From Octopus sinensis (taxonomy: Eukaryota), in the NCBI RefSeq assembly GCF_006345805.1, contig NW_021834237.1, positions 6,150 to 70,149 of the forward strand: a stretch of 64,000 nt of DNA, given 5' to 3'. Below the pieces are notes generated by a model, which searched no databases, was not told the DNA's origin, and was given only the letters and a program-made list of their open reading frames with translations. Below are positions 12,155 to 25,982 of the stretch, piece after piece (position 1 is the first letter of the stretch; the number at the start of each line of letters is the position of its first letter). The position numbers and the translations under genes were made by a program.

Positions 12155-14750
12155 TTACAGATAGAAATAGAATGATGTTGTAAAAGAAAAGAAATTGAGC
12201 TAGTGAAAGTTGTAGAGTCGAGGGAAGTCGGGTCTCATAGTTGTTGACTGTAAACTTCTTTCTCCCTCTGACCATTTGTCTATATAAGCTGCCTGCTTGT
12301 GGCCCTGACTAGCTGTCCGTTCACTAACTGATGGTCACTCCTCTAACTCGGGTTCTCACTAACTCGAGTTGTCTCTAACTGACTTTTACTTGGGGGTTCT
12401 TGTTTTTATAACTATCCAGAAGGATAGATATATCGTTGAGAACTATGGATTTCGTTGGTGGTACTTGTTATCTTAATTCTATCTTTTTGTGAAATAGAAG
12501 AAGTTAGAAGGGTCAAGTGGCGAAGACATTATTTTGCTTAGCTAAGGCATCTGGCAAATGTAAACTGCTGTCACAGAAAGACTATTGTTTTACCATAAGA
12601 AAAGTGCTTTTGAAGTGTTAATTTAAATTTGGTTATCTAAAGTCGAATCTGCTTCATGCCTGCAAGATCCACTATATTATATATATATTATATATATATA
12701 TATATTATATATATATATTATAAATATTATATATATTGGTAAAAAAGGTAAGAACCCGAGTTAGAGGAGTGACCATCAGTTAGTGAACATTGTAGTACGC
12801 TGTTTAACCAAAATTACACCCTTATCATTGGACAAGTATATCTAGGACTATATTATCGGACATAGTATATCTAGAGCAACGTTATCATATTTTTTCAGTC
12901 TGCTTTATCAGACTTACACCGAAGATTAATTATCGAACATTTCTATCTTGGACTACATTAACAAACGAAATGAAAGGCATTTAGCTGCTGATTGTAACAA
13001 TTCTCCGGAGAAGATAATTTCCTTTTTTCACTAGTCGTGAGAAGAACCGTTGGGTGGTCGATGGACCTGGGAGAAATAGCTTAAAATTCCGATCAAACTA
13101 CAACCTGCCATCTTGTAAACAGACAACACATGAGGTGGTGTAGTCTTGGCTGTATTAAATAAAATAAGATGGTCATGCCTAGAACGCTTTGATCTTAGGT
13201 ATTCTCGAAAACAACAATAACAACAACGAAAAATAGTACTTTGGTTAATTGTTTGAGTTGTTTATGCCTGACCAAGCTGGTCCTGATCGAGTAAAACAAT
13301 GAACACGGGCATTGTAAACGAGACCATTCTGCCAATCCTCAGCATTGCGTATCAAGAACTACACTATATCCTTCATTTTCTCTTTCAAAGACAGTCGGAT
13401 GTTTTGAAGGATATTTAGCTGTTATTTCTACAGAAAGAGGGAACAAAATGATTCCCTCATAGTGCGGTTATTCGTGTTGTTTTTAATCCCAGGATTAAGA
13501 TAACCTATGATCAAAAGCATTCTGGTCCCATCTCGCCTTTTCTTCTTATACAAGATCATGGCTGGACTGTCATAAATTATAAGTGGACTATGATAGGGTT
13601 CGACTTAGGGTTAAACAACAATTATATTGCATATTTCGCCAGTTCAAATATCGTCTGTTCCTGTATCTTGTTTTATCTTTCTTTCCTTTTCAACCCTCTC
13701 TTTCATTATGCACTAATTTATCTCGGACTAATCTTGGACTAGTATATCATAGTAAAAAAGTTTGACTCTTGTACTCTACAGCCTTCTTCAAGCATTCGAT
13801 ATTTTCGAAATTTAAAACAAACCCTTCATTAAATTCCAACACTCATCTTCCCCCTTCGTTGTTCACACGAAGAACATTCTCCTTGTTAGTTATTCTACTA
13901 CTTGTGATGCCGCAACCTTCTTGTTTCAACCAGGCTTGACTGCCCTAGAGATTGAACTCAGGCCCACCAGCTAGACTACTACTTGATGCTAGCATATATT
14001 TGTTATTGACACATTTGACATTAACGGAGTGGAAATGAATCACTTTAAACTTAAGCCCTTTTTCATAACGGTCATAGGTTTAATGGTCTTTCTTAATTAA
14101 GCACCCCCACCCATTATGGTGTGTTAGATCTATCGAGATGGTTATCAAAGCCCAGCGCATGCGCTGATTCTTTCAGTCGTCTTACCTTATCAATGTTCCC
14201 TATATTATCTTAATCACTGATTACGGCTTTATGATGTCCTTTTAGTATTACTTTTTAAGGGAGCAGCTAGTCTCACCTTTATATTCACTGTCACAATTTC
14301 ATAGAATAGACTACATTCAGCTCTTGATCATGGTCTGACCTGATGGAGGATTTGTTCGTGTGAAATGATTCCGGAGGGAAGACATGATTTTAGATACTGT
14401 CTTGATGTTGTCTGTACCGCAAATGCTCTGAATTTTTTTCTGAAATGCCTCTATTATAAGGTAGACAGACCGTGGCAGTTTTTTTCTAATTTTTACTAAT
14501 TCTCTATCCTTATATCTCTGCTCTTGAGAACTAATGCGACGTTGCTTGTTGGGTAGTTGTTTCTTTGAAGTATAACAAACTAACGGCATTACAAGTAGTA
14601 GAATGACCAATGGAGAATAACCTTGGTATGGATAACAGAAAGAAGACAATCTACTCACATAAGAATACAAATAGGTTCAGTTTTAAATTCTAAGGACATT
14701 GCCGAATACGATAGGAACTAGAAGGCCGAAATGTCATAACTATAACAACA

Positions 14751-14864
14751 ATACATACATACATACATACATACATACATACATACATACATACATACAT
14801 ACATACATACATACATAATACATACATACATACATACATACATACATACCAATACATACATTAC

Positions 14865-14895
<31 letters not shown>

Positions 14896-15232
14896 CATAC
14901 ATACTTACATACATACATACATACATAATACATACATATATATAAAATACATAATACATACACATACATACATACATACATAAAATTACATACATACAAC
15001 TACATACATATATATATAAATACATAAATACTAACATACATACATACATACATACATACATAAAATACAACTAATATATATATAAATACATACATACATA
15101 CATACATACATACATACACTACTTACATACATACATAAATACTACATACATACATACATACAGACATATATATATAAATACATACATACATACATACATA
15201 CATACATACATACATACACTCATACATACATA
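14751..15232. repeat. (TACA)n microsatellite tract
   Basis: Direct inspection. Confidence 0.95.
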
Positions 15233-15239
15233 TGAAAAA

Positions 15240-16520
15240 TCTTGGTGGTGAAAAGTGAAGAGAACAGCGTCGTATGTGTTAGCAGTGAGCTCCTCAGAAA
15301 ATACTCTCTCCCTGACGACTTTCTATATAACACCAATAAAAACTGGACTAAAATACCCCGAAGAAGACTTGGATGTAAAAATGCTCAGCCTATCAAACAG
15401 AGACTCTACATGAGCATCTTTTCCGAAGAACTGATGATGACCCTAATATCAACATGACGTGCAGCCTTTTTGGATCGCTGTATTACATCACATTTCGAAG
15501 TCTAGGCATTTGTAATTCAAGCGTAGGAGATTGCTTCAAAATGCTTAATAAACAAAAGAGATGACAAAACCCTTCGAGCTTCAAAATACAACGGAAAATG
15601 TCAATTATGTCACATCTCAATGGAAGACATCATACATGTGATCAACCGCTGATCAAAACAGTCATCAATGTGGCATGACGTTGTTGCTGAAACAATATAC
15701 AATGCTATCCGAAAAAAAATTAAAAACTGTTCTGGCATAAACATAGAGAAATCTCCAGTTGTTGAATGCATACATAAACATTTACATAAAAAAATTCCCC
15801 CTCAAAATTCTCCCGAATGCATACATAAAAGGCCGGATATAGTTGTTTGAGACAGGCAAGAGAAAATCTTTATATATAAAAGTGAAGTTGTGTGTCTGTC
15901 TCCTACGATTTAGATTCCTAACTACTCCCACATTTTGCGGTGCAGTGTAACCAAAACCGGGTATCTTATAGTCGTGATTCATATCGAGCCCTTCTGGGTA
16001 TTAGCGCGCGGTCTACGATGAGTTACGATTTTAAAAATAATTTACCATCATTTTTTCCATTTTGATGCATTTTTTCGCTATTATATAAGGGAAGTAACTC
16101 TCTAAAAATGTCTACGATGAGTCAACGATTTAAAAAAAAAATTACCATAATTTTTTTCCATTTTTAATGCATTTTTTGCTATTATATAAGGGAAGTAACT
16201 CTCTAAAAATGCTTAGATAGTTATTTCCCTTACAAACCCGAGCAACGCCGGGCGATACTGCTAGTATTATATGTACTGTCCTAGAATCAGCAGCTGATGT
16301 GAATATCTTTTCGAAAATCAAAGAGAACTTCAGCTTCTACATTTAGTTTCTATTAAAAAATCACATTTATACCAATAATAATTGGTGTACTCGGTTTTGT
16401 TAAAAGCCTGACTGGCAATCTGGAAATCTTGTGCTTTTCAGAAAACGAAACAGCCCGGCTGAAACGCACATAGTACAGTCTGTAAGCGGATCAGGAAAAA
16501 GATGCGAAATTTCCATACGT
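15240..16520 (+). mobile_element. Decayed R4/Dong-type LINE 3' region (zinc knuckle plus restriction-like endonuclease), split by a Helitron
   Basis: CQLCHISMEDIIHVINR, WHDVVAETIY, RPDIVV before the insertion; IPIIIGVLGFV after it. Confidence 0.75.
15867..16264 (+). mobile_element. Non-autonomous Helitron-type element, full-length with internal duplication
   Basis: A|TC...cccgagcaacgccggg...CTAG|T. Confidence 0.88.
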
Positions 16521-17136
16521 GACTTTGTTTTGTCATCTCCATTCCAAGGATGAAGCTTTGTATGTTTGCTAGAAACAAGCTCTTTCCTTACAAAACGATT
16601 TAAAATAATTAAAAACAGAAGAGAAAATACACCCCGCGCACACTCAATGCTCTTCACCCTCGCCATGACTGCTCTACAATCTCTCCTCCTAACTAAAATA
16701 TCATTTTCTTTTAAATACCGAAAACATTCAAACCCGTGGCATATTACTGGTATTTGATGCATCCATCAAACGGAAGAAAGAATCACGGAAGTTAATGTCA
16801 TCCACCCCATTTTCACTTCACTACATGACAGCGTTTCTCAAATTTAAGTGCACCAAAGAAACCAAAACAAAAAAGATGAAAGGTAGCCATATACAATGAA
16901 ATTGTGATAAACTAGACAGCCGATCGTGACTATTCTGGATAATATAAGCACACACATGCATAACTGAGTGGTTAAGAAGTTTGTTTCGTAAACATGACTT
17001 CTGGGATAAATTCAACTGCATGTCATCTTGGGCAAGTTTCTTCATCATAGCTTCGGATCGACCCATACCTTGTGTGGAAATTGTGACTGTCAGAGGGATC
17101 GTACTTGTAATTCAAAGGTCAAGTCTCATCATATAC

Positions 17137-17622
17137 AATGATATGCATAAGATCTGGTCATCAAATCTAAGTAGAGATTTCAAACTTGAAATCTTCAAAG
17201 CCACAGTCGAACCAATTCTACTATATGGCTCAGAAACCTGGACGTTATCAAAGAAGCTTGAGAGGCGGTTGGATGGAACCTACACTCGCCTCCTTATGAG
17301 AGCTCAAAATCTCTCGTGGAAGCGTCATCCAACCAAAATGCAAATATATGGGAAACTACCACCTGTGTCATCTCTTGTGAAAGGTAAGAGAGTCCAGTTT
17401 GCTGGACATTGTTGTAGAGCTGAAAAAGAGATAATTTATACTCTTCTCCTCTGGAAGCCATCTACTCGCAATACTAGAGGGCACAAACTCTCCTACCCTG
17501 ATGTAATCTCCAGGGATACAGGCATCCAGCAACAGGACCTCCGTAATGCCATGATGGACCGTGAAGTCTGGCGTAGCATGGTAAATTCCATTGTCTCGAC
17601 CACGTTCGAACAATGATGATGA
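17137..17622 (+). mobile_element. 5'-truncated RTE-like LINE 3' end with 55-bp flanking direct repeat
   Basis: PILLYGSETWTLSKKLERRLDG..FAGHCCR..DREVWR, (GAT)n tail; 17082-17136 repeated at 17623-17677. Confidence 0.9.
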
Positions 17623-18661
17623 TGTGACTGTCAGAGGGACCGTACTTGTAATTCAAAGGTCAAGTCTCATCATATACTATGAAGCTGATTCTATTGGGGA
17701 ATTTTGTTCAGGATATGAATGCAGTCTCTCGTAGTCCGACGAAGATGGTTCTCCAATTATTTGTCGAAGAACCTGCACAAATGATTTGTTTGTAGTGTTC
17801 AAACGCTTGTGCTGTTCGTTAGCTCACTTTCTCCATGAAATCGACTTTGACTGAATAGGTTCAAGGTTTGCCACATGTCAGGTGTCGAAGTGATCACAGA
17901 GCAACGTGAAATGAAATGTCTTGCTCAAGAACATAATGCATTGTACGGGATCAAAGCCACGGTCTTGCAGCCATGAGTTCAGCACCATAACGACTAAGGC
18001 ATTTACCCACGCCGTTCAGGATGTGTGTGTGTGTATGGAGGGAGTATACGTATCTGTGGAATCCACAGCCACCTACGAATTAATTTAATGAGTCGGACGT
18101 TCAGTTGCTTTCAACAACTGAACGCTCAGTGTCGAAACCATCAGTCAGACTAACAGAAATTTAACAGGACAGGATGTTCATAGTTGGAATGTGTTTGATT
18201 ATGGATCTACTCAGAATCGACCGAGGGTTAAACAGCAACTGGAACTCACTTTATCAATTCACTAATTGCTGAAGGTCAGATTCGTGATTGTCTGGCTGAA
18301 TGTCAACTTAGAAACCCGAGAAACTGTATTACATAATCTAAGGTACTTTACTTCTCCAACCCGGCAGCATTTCTTCTGCCCCGTTTTAACACGAATGTCA
18401 CTTGCTTTCAGTCTTCCTCGAAAACATTTCTTATTTACCGTCGCCATTTCTTTTATTTGCTCCTCGTCTGTGGACGTTGTGCAAAATGACCGACTGACAG
18501 CGAGAGCAGTGAGTCACAAGCTACGTAAGGGAATATGTCGTGTAAGGAAATCTCTTTTCTCTTGTGGTTTACTCGCGATACTGTGAATATGGTGTGTCTC
18601 TCTTTGTCTGTCTGTCTTTTTCGCCATTCCTCATTCTCTTTTCTTCTTCCTTTTATTTTAC

Positions 18662-18742
<81 letters not shown>

Positions 18743-18805
18743 CATCTATCCATCTATCTATCTAAGATCTATCTATCTATCTATCTACCTATCTATCTAT
18801 TATCT

Positions 18806-18841
<36 letters not shown>

Positions 18842-18900
18842 CCTATCTATCTATCTAATCTATCTATCTATCACTATCATCTATCTATCTATCTATCTTC
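18662..18900. repeat. (TATC)n microsatellite
   Basis: Direct inspection. Confidence 0.95.
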
Positions 18901-19094
18901 TATCTCTTCTCACACTCTGACTTTTCTTCTTTATTCATCTGTGTGGGTGTGTGTGTGGTGTGTGTATATATATACATACACACACACAAAAACACACAAA
19001 GCATACATATATATATATATATATATATCTGTAAGTACTAATATACATATATATATACATATATATTATCTATATATAATCTACGTATATAATT

Positions 19095-19125
<31 letters not shown>

Positions 19126-19532
19126 CTATAGTGTGAATATATATATTATTGGTGTTTGGTGTGTGTGTGTGTGTGTGTAAAATTATATATATATATATTT
19201 ACTCATGACTTTCTTATTGCCCAATCTTCTCTTCCCTTTCCCTTTATATATCCCCCCTTAACACCGCTTCTTGCTTTTTTTTTCTGTGCTTCATGAATAT
19301 ATTTATTGCGTCGGTTTTGTGCGGTTGTGGTTGGCCAATATCTCTGTTGTACGAACGATGTCGGGTTATCTCAGTCATTTCCTGAATCGCATGTCCCTTC
19401 TATTTTCTCTTAATTTGTATCCTTTAACCACATACACACACACGTATATATAGATATTATATATTATATATAATATATATATATATACACATCTGTATAT
19501 ATGCATATGTATATTATAATATATATATATAT

Positions 19533-19588
<56 letters not shown>

Positions 19589-19639
19589 CAGGATATATAT
19601 AGCATATGCCTATATATATATATGTATATATATATATGT

Positions 19640-19851
19640 AAAAACTTACTTGGAGAACAGAAAAGAAACATTTCGTTGTTAAAAAAAAAGTCCGTTTCCA
19701 TGTTTGTTTTTACGTTTTCGTTTCTCGTGAGTTCTACGTCTATTTGTGGTATCCTGTACTCAAATATATATATTATATATGCATGTATATATACATGTAA
19801 ATGTAGGTTCGTACATATATGTATGTAAGTATGCATATATTTTATTTATTA

Positions 19852-19857
<6 letters not shown>
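19640..19857 (+). mobile_element. Partial copy of the permuted-hammerhead repeat family (ribozyme part absent)
   Basis: cgttttcgtttctc..gagttctacgtcta..gtggtatcctgtactca matches 37548-37600; flanked by (TA)n. Confidence 0.75.
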
Positions 19858-19891
<34 letters not shown>

Positions 19892-20225
19892 ATGTATGTA
19901 TGTATGTATGTATGTATATGTATGTATATACAGACACATATATTTACATATATATCGAGAATAATAATAAATCCATCATTTTTCTCACAGCTTCTCTGGC
20001 TTACTGTGCATTTGTGTGAGTCTGAGGCTGTATCATATACCTCTACAAATGTATGTGGAAAATAGGTAAGAAAATATGTATGTACTTGTGGTTGTATGTA
20101 TTCATGTATTTATCTTTTGTAATATATACACACAAATATGCATATGCAGACGTACACATACGCACATACATGCATGCGTATGAATATATACACACGCACG
20201 CATACACATATAGTATACACCGCCT

Positions 20226-20441
20226 CGAGCTGGCAGACACGTTAACGCGCCGGGCGAAATGCTTAGCGGTATTTCGTCTGTCGTTGCGTTCTGAGTTCAA
20301 ATTCCGCCGAGGTCAACTTTGCCTTTCATCGATAAATAAAGTACCAGTTTCGCACTGGGAGCGATATAATCGACTTAATCCCTTCGTCTGTCCTTGTTTG
20401 TCCCCTCTATGTTTAGCCCCTTGTGGGCAGTAAAGAAATAT
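20226..20441 (+). mobile_element. SINE family C
   Basis: gagctggcaga..gttctgagttcaaattccgccgaggtc..ctttgcctttcatc..ccccttgtgggcagtaaagaaata, as at 25366. Confidence 0.9.
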
Positions 20442-20639
20442 ACTTCTTACGATACAACAAACAAAAAACACGCTTACACAATCAAGAGAGTTGTTGTACA
20501 TGTGCGTGTATGTACGTCCATGTATGTGTCTGTATAATTCTATGTGTAAACGTCTATGTGTATCAAAGATGTATCGTTTGGTTTGTCGAGGTAATCAGTG
20601 CCCACTTGATTAAATTTCGTATAAATAATAATTATTATA

Positions 20640-20811
20640 GACGCAGGAGTGGCTGTGTGGTAAGTAGCTTGCTAACCAACCACATGGTTCCGGGTTCAGT
20701 CCCACTGCGTGACATCTTGGGCAAGTGTCTTCTGCTATAGCGTCGGGCCGACCAAAGCCTTGTGAGTGGATTTGGTAGACGGAAACTGAAAGAAGCCTGT
20801 CGTATATATAT
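20640..20811 (+). mobile_element. SINE family A head
   Basis: Head up to the internal TA run. Confidence 0.9.
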
Positions 20812-20922
20812 ATTTAGGTGTTTTCGCTCAATAAACACTCACAACGCCCGGTCTGGGAATCGAAACCGCGATCCTACGACCGCGAGTCCGCTGCCCTAAC
20901 CACTGGGCCATTGCGCCTCCAC
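20812..20922 (-). mobile_element. SINE family B head
   Basis: Reverse complement of gtggaggcgcaatggcccagtggttagggcagcggac...gaaaacacctaaa. Confidence 0.9.
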
Positions 20923-21768
20923 TGTCAATCTTCCATCTCTTAAGCCTCAATGGAAACGGCAACACGTCAATCTCAAATCGGACCGATCCTGCTGACATTG
21001 AAAGAAGATCGTTCCAGGAGATAAACATCTGACCCACTTTGTCCTACAGTACTCATACATACTGAACTCCTTGCTCCGCTGTTTTTGTGATACTTTCTTT
21101 TCATTCTCTTTCACAACTACCATTCTCCATCTGGTCTTCTGACCATGCATAAAGAACCACTGCTTCTTAGGCAAAAGGCCTCTACCTCTTCTGCCAGTTT
21201 CCACCGCCCCTATAATCTCCTTCCATGTTGCTCGTGAAACAGCTTCAACTGCGATTTCTTTTGTTGTTCACATTGCATCCTGTACGAATATTGGCCTTTT
21301 CAGTCTTTCTCATCATCGTAACCAGACGGTCAGTGCTTCTTTATATTTTTCAGCCAGTAATGTCAGTGTCAGCAGCAAAACAGGCAACAGCTACATCGGA
21401 CTACATTCTTGGCACATCCAGTCACTAAACCTTATAATTGTTACCGCGTACTCAAGAAATTGTCACATAACTCTAGATAGCAACCCGAGCTGACAGCAAC
21501 ATAACTTGGTTTCCCAGACAACAATACCTCATCAGTCCACTTGAAGTACTCGCTTACTTGCTCCTAAATCCTTACCCCAGAATGTCCATCATTCAGACTA
21601 ACCTCACTTCAACATTCTTGATCCTTTGATCCTCGGCAGGCACAATTTCACATGGGTCGTGAGTTCATCTCCAGGATGAAATAAGAAACAAAATATATAA
21701 GTTCTGTTCATTACATTAGTGTGCACATATGCATGTATGCATGTGTTACAGTGTGTATATTCTTGCCT

Positions 21769-22152
21769 GGAAGCACTCCGTCGGTTACGACGACGAGGTT
21801 TCCGGTTGATCCGAATCAACGGAACAGCCTGCTCGTGAAATTAACGTGTAAGTGGCTGAGCACTCCACAGACACGTGTACCCTTAACGTAGTTCTCGGGG
21901 ATATTCAGCGTGACACAGAGAGTGACAAGGCCGGCCCTTTGAAATACAGGTACAACAGAAACAGGAAGTAAGAGTGAGAGAAAGTTGCGGTGAAAGAGTA
22001 CAGCAGGGCTCACCACCATCCCCTGCCGGAGCCTCGTAGAGCTTTAGGTGTTTTCGCTCAATAAACACTCACAACGCCCGGTCTGGGAATCGAAACCGCG
22101 ATCCTATGACCGCGAGTCCGCTGCCCTAACCACTGGGCCATTGCGCCTCCAC
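21769..22152 (-). mobile_element. SINE family B, full-length, 8-bp TSD tcttgcct
   Basis: tRNA-like head (tggcccagtgg A box, gtttcgattcc B box); TSD at 21761-21768 and 22153-22160. Confidence 0.95.
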
Positions 22153-22429
22153 TCTTGCCTCTAATGATTGAGCAAAATATAAGGAAGTATGTCATTCCAT
22201 TAGGTGTTTAGAATAGTAGTAATAAACATACTTATACATACATACATACTGATTATTCTATCTTCGCATATGTGCTTCTTCGTTGTCAATGGCGTTTCTG
22301 ACTTTCCATCGATGACTTCCATCCATACTTGTTTCAGTCACTGGATTGCAGCCATTCTTGGACACCGCCTTGAAGGCTTTAGGTAAAATTTTAAAAAATT
22401 GACACTCGTACTTACTTTTAACGTCTATC

Positions 22430-22831
22430 GGCATCTTTTAAGGAAGCAAGCCAACTCCTGTTGTCCAGCAATATGCGTGTGTGTCTTTGTGTTCATGTGT
22501 GTCCCCTTCCCTGCCACCGATTGACAGTCCCTGTTGATCTGTTTAAGTCCCCGACAAAAGGGACCAATACAGAGAGCGATTTGTTCGTCTGAAGTTCTTC
22601 AAGGCGCTGCTCCCGCATGTCTGCAGTCTAATCATTGCAGTCCGGGTTCAGTCCCACTGTGCGGCAGTGGGATTGTTTACGTGCCTGTAACTTAGCGGTC
22701 TGGCAAAAGAAATCGATTGAATTAGTATTAGGCTTTAATAAATAAGTATTGGGGTCGAATTATACGACTAAAATCTCTTCAAGGCAGTGCTCCAGCATGG
22801 CCAGAGCTTAATGACTAAAACAAGTAAAAGA
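22430..22831 (+). mobile_element. Diverged SINE family A-related fragments
   Basis: Two degraded 3' halves and a gggttcagtcccactg piece. Confidence 0.65.
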
Positions 22832-22863
22832 TACACGCGCGCACACATACACACGCGCGCAAA

Positions 22864-22983
22864 CATGGTTCCGGGTTCAGTCCCACTGCGTGGCACCTTG
22901 GGCAAGTGTCTTCTACTATAGCCTCGGGCCGACCAAAGCCTTGTGAGTGGATTTGGTAGACGGAAACTGAAAGAAGCCCATCG

Positions 22984-23019
<36 letters not shown>

Positions 23020-23244
23020 GGGTGTGTGTGTTTGTGAGTATGTTTGTGTGTCTGTGTTTGTCCCCCCAACATCACTTGACAACCGATGTTGGAGTCTTTA
23101 CGGTTAGGCAAAAGGAGACTGATAGAATAAGAACTAGGCTTACAAAGAATAAGTCCCGGGGTCGAATTGTTCGACTAAAGGTAGTACTCCGTCATGCCCG
23201 CAGTCAAATGACTGAAACAAGTAAAAGAATAAAAGAATAAAAGA

Positions 23245-23245
<1 letters not shown>
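22864..23245 (+). mobile_element. SINE family A, 5'-truncated
   Basis: catggttccgggttcagtccc through aagtaaaagaataaaag. Confidence 0.9.
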
Positions 23246-23288
<43 letters not shown>

Positions 23289-23974
23289 ACACACACGCAC
23301 GAATACACAGAGAGAATGCATCAAGAGAGTGCTCTGCATCATAAACATCACTGAAAATGGAAATAAAAATTCTCTCTTAGGTGCCTTAAAATCTAAAAAT
23401 TTGAGCAAGAGAGATGATTCAAATAGTATCAAGTAAGTGAAATGTTATGAAAATAAAACTCATGCACATAGATAAATTTCGTTAAAGTCAACAAGTGAAA
23501 GCAACGGGCAAGGAAATGGAAGATGGAATAACTCAAAATTTGCAATTTATATCAAGCAATTGAAAGAAAACGCTTCAGACTTTGATATCAACTGGATTAT
23601 GCCTGAAAAATCCAGATCATGAATAAAGGCTATCAGGATATGCAGGATACGCATAACTGAAGAACGAATAATTTTAGGACATTTGCGGAAGCCAAACTTC
23701 ATCTCAACATAAAAGTGAGAAATATTCAGCCCCTGTATGCACGAGAGAAAGTTCCTTTTCAGACATCATCACTATAGGCCACAAATGGCTCTTCTGATTC
23801 CTATAATTTTTGTGTGGAGTTAGGGCATTCATTTTAAGCGTTTCTTTGTCAGTGTTCTCATTTCTTCATTCAGTTACCTTCTTCCTCCTCTTGCCCAATT
23901 TCTTATATTCCTTCCCTTCCTCTCTCTTCTTCCCTCTATCTATTCTACTTTTCTTATTTGTTTTTTCTTTCTTT

Positions 23975-24040
<66 letters not shown>

Positions 24041-24046
<6 letters not shown>

Positions 24047-24432
24047 AAAGTGAGGTTGTGTGCTGTCTGTCTCCTACGATTTAGATTCCTAACTACTCCC
24101 ACATTTTGCGGTGCAGTAGTTTAACCAAAACCGGGTATCTTATAGTCGTGATTCATATCGACCCCTTCTGGGTATTAGCGCGCGTCTACGATGAGTCTAT
24201 CATTAAAAAAAAATTTACCATCAAGTTTTCCCATTTTAATGCATTTTTGGCATATATAAGGGAAGTAACTCTCTAAAAATTTATTATTAAATCTAAGAAC
24301 GTAAAAAGCTACAGTAACACCACCCCCTTTGTGGTTAGCCATATTGAGATGGCTATTCTACTTTACATCTCTAAAAATGCTTATATAGTTATTTCCCTTA
24401 CAAACCCGAGCAACGCCGGGCGATACTGCTAG
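24041..24432 (+). mobile_element. Non-autonomous Helitron-type element
   Basis: Same body as 11762; hairpin plus CTAG end; 5' end merges with a (TA)n run. Confidence 0.88.
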
Positions 24433-25365
24433 TATTATATATAATATATATATTACATTATACACACACACACATATATATAAGATATATTTTATATATA
24501 TAATATATATTATATATAAATATATATCATATATAATATATATATATAAACAGAGAGAGAGAGAGAAAAAAGAGAGAAGAGAGAGATTGATAAAAGATAT
24601 ATATATATATACACACACATACGCATATTTGAACATAGATGTGCGTATGTGTTTGTGTGTGTGTGTGTGTGTGTGAGTATGTGAGTGTGTGTATGTGTAT
24701 GTGTGTGAGTGTGTGTGCGCCCGTGCATGCGTATGAAGTAGAAAGAGAAAGAAAGAGAAGAGTAAATGGGGAGTGAAGCATAAAAAAGTGAAGGCGAAAG
24801 TTAACCAAGTAAAGGAAGAAAGGCCGGCAGTATGTATGGAAGAGGAGCGAATAAGGAAAAATGAAAAGTGGTGAAAGTAAAAAGGAAAGGGGGAAAAGGA
24901 AGAAGCAACTGAATGTAAGAGAAATATTGACGCAGAAAAGAAAGGATACAACAGCATGATTAAAACGTAGTGACTATCCGTTTTATAAACCGACAATATA
25001 TATTGCGACATTATTTATTGTCGTCGTTTAGCCACAGTCATCTTGATCCATTAATCCTATGTTTGTCATAGGATTATTTGCGAATGGGAGGCAAATATCC
25101 ACTCGCTGGATAGGACAACAGTCTCTTGCAGACAACTTCTTTCTATCGGGGCGTGTTTAGTTTACAGAGCTTTTGTTACTTATCTCTGTGAAAGTTCTGT
25201 TTCATTAACCCTGGGTCAACTCTGATCCTGCAGCCCTATGATCAAGATCATTCCAACCACCATCATCACATTTTCGCTATAGTTATCATGACTTAGATTG
25301 CGCAATGTTTCCTTGTTATGTAATTCAAAGTCAACCCTGGTTGAGTGGATCTATAATTAAATCTA

Positions 25366-25782
25366 AAGGCGGCGAGCTGGCAGAAACGTTAGCACGCCGG
25401 GCAAAATGCGTAGCCGTATTTCGTCTGTCGCTACGTTCTGAGTTCAAATTCCGCCGAGGTCGACTTTGCCTTTCATCCTTTCGGGGTCGATAAATTAAGT
25501 ACCAGTTATGCACTGGGGTCGATGTAATCGACTTAATCCGTTTGTCTGTCCTTGTTTGTCCCCTCTGTGTTTAGCCCCTTGTGGGTAGTAAAGAAATAGG
25601 TATTTCGTCTGCCGCTACGTTATGAGTTCAAATTCCGCCGAGGTTGACTTTGCCTTTCATCCTTTCGGGGTCGATAAATTAAGTACCAGTTACGCACTGG
25701 GGTCGATGTAATCGACTTAATCCGTTTGTCTGTCCTTGTTTGTCCCTTCTATGTTTAGCCCCTTGTGGGCAGTAAAGAAATA
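25366..25782 (+). mobile_element. SINE family C with tandem duplication of its 3' ~180 bp; 13-bp TSD tataattaaatct
   Basis: Full copy 25366-25599, then repeat from gtatttcgtctg to gtaaagaaata; one TSD brackets both units. Confidence 0.92.
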
Positions 25783-25982
25783 TATAATTAAATCTTCCAA
25801 CGATGACTACCGCGTTCTCTTAGATATTGCGTTTCTAAGGTTACATTATCAAATTTATACTTTTTATGACAGTAAAATGCGATTTGATGGAGATTTCGTT
25901 GCTAATTCCAAAAGTTCGTACGACCACGTAGGCGCCTCCTTCGTTGGCTTACATTAGTAAAGTGTTATTATTCTGTAGTATA

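Noticed and set aside
14317-14670. 117-aa minus-strand ORF in non-microsatellite sequence
   Set aside because: Only vague resemblance to a PLE C-terminal region; no diagnostic motif for a TE or host exon.
21525-21542. CTGATGAG on the minus strand
   Set aside because: No stem II or GAAA at a suitable distance; consistent with chance.
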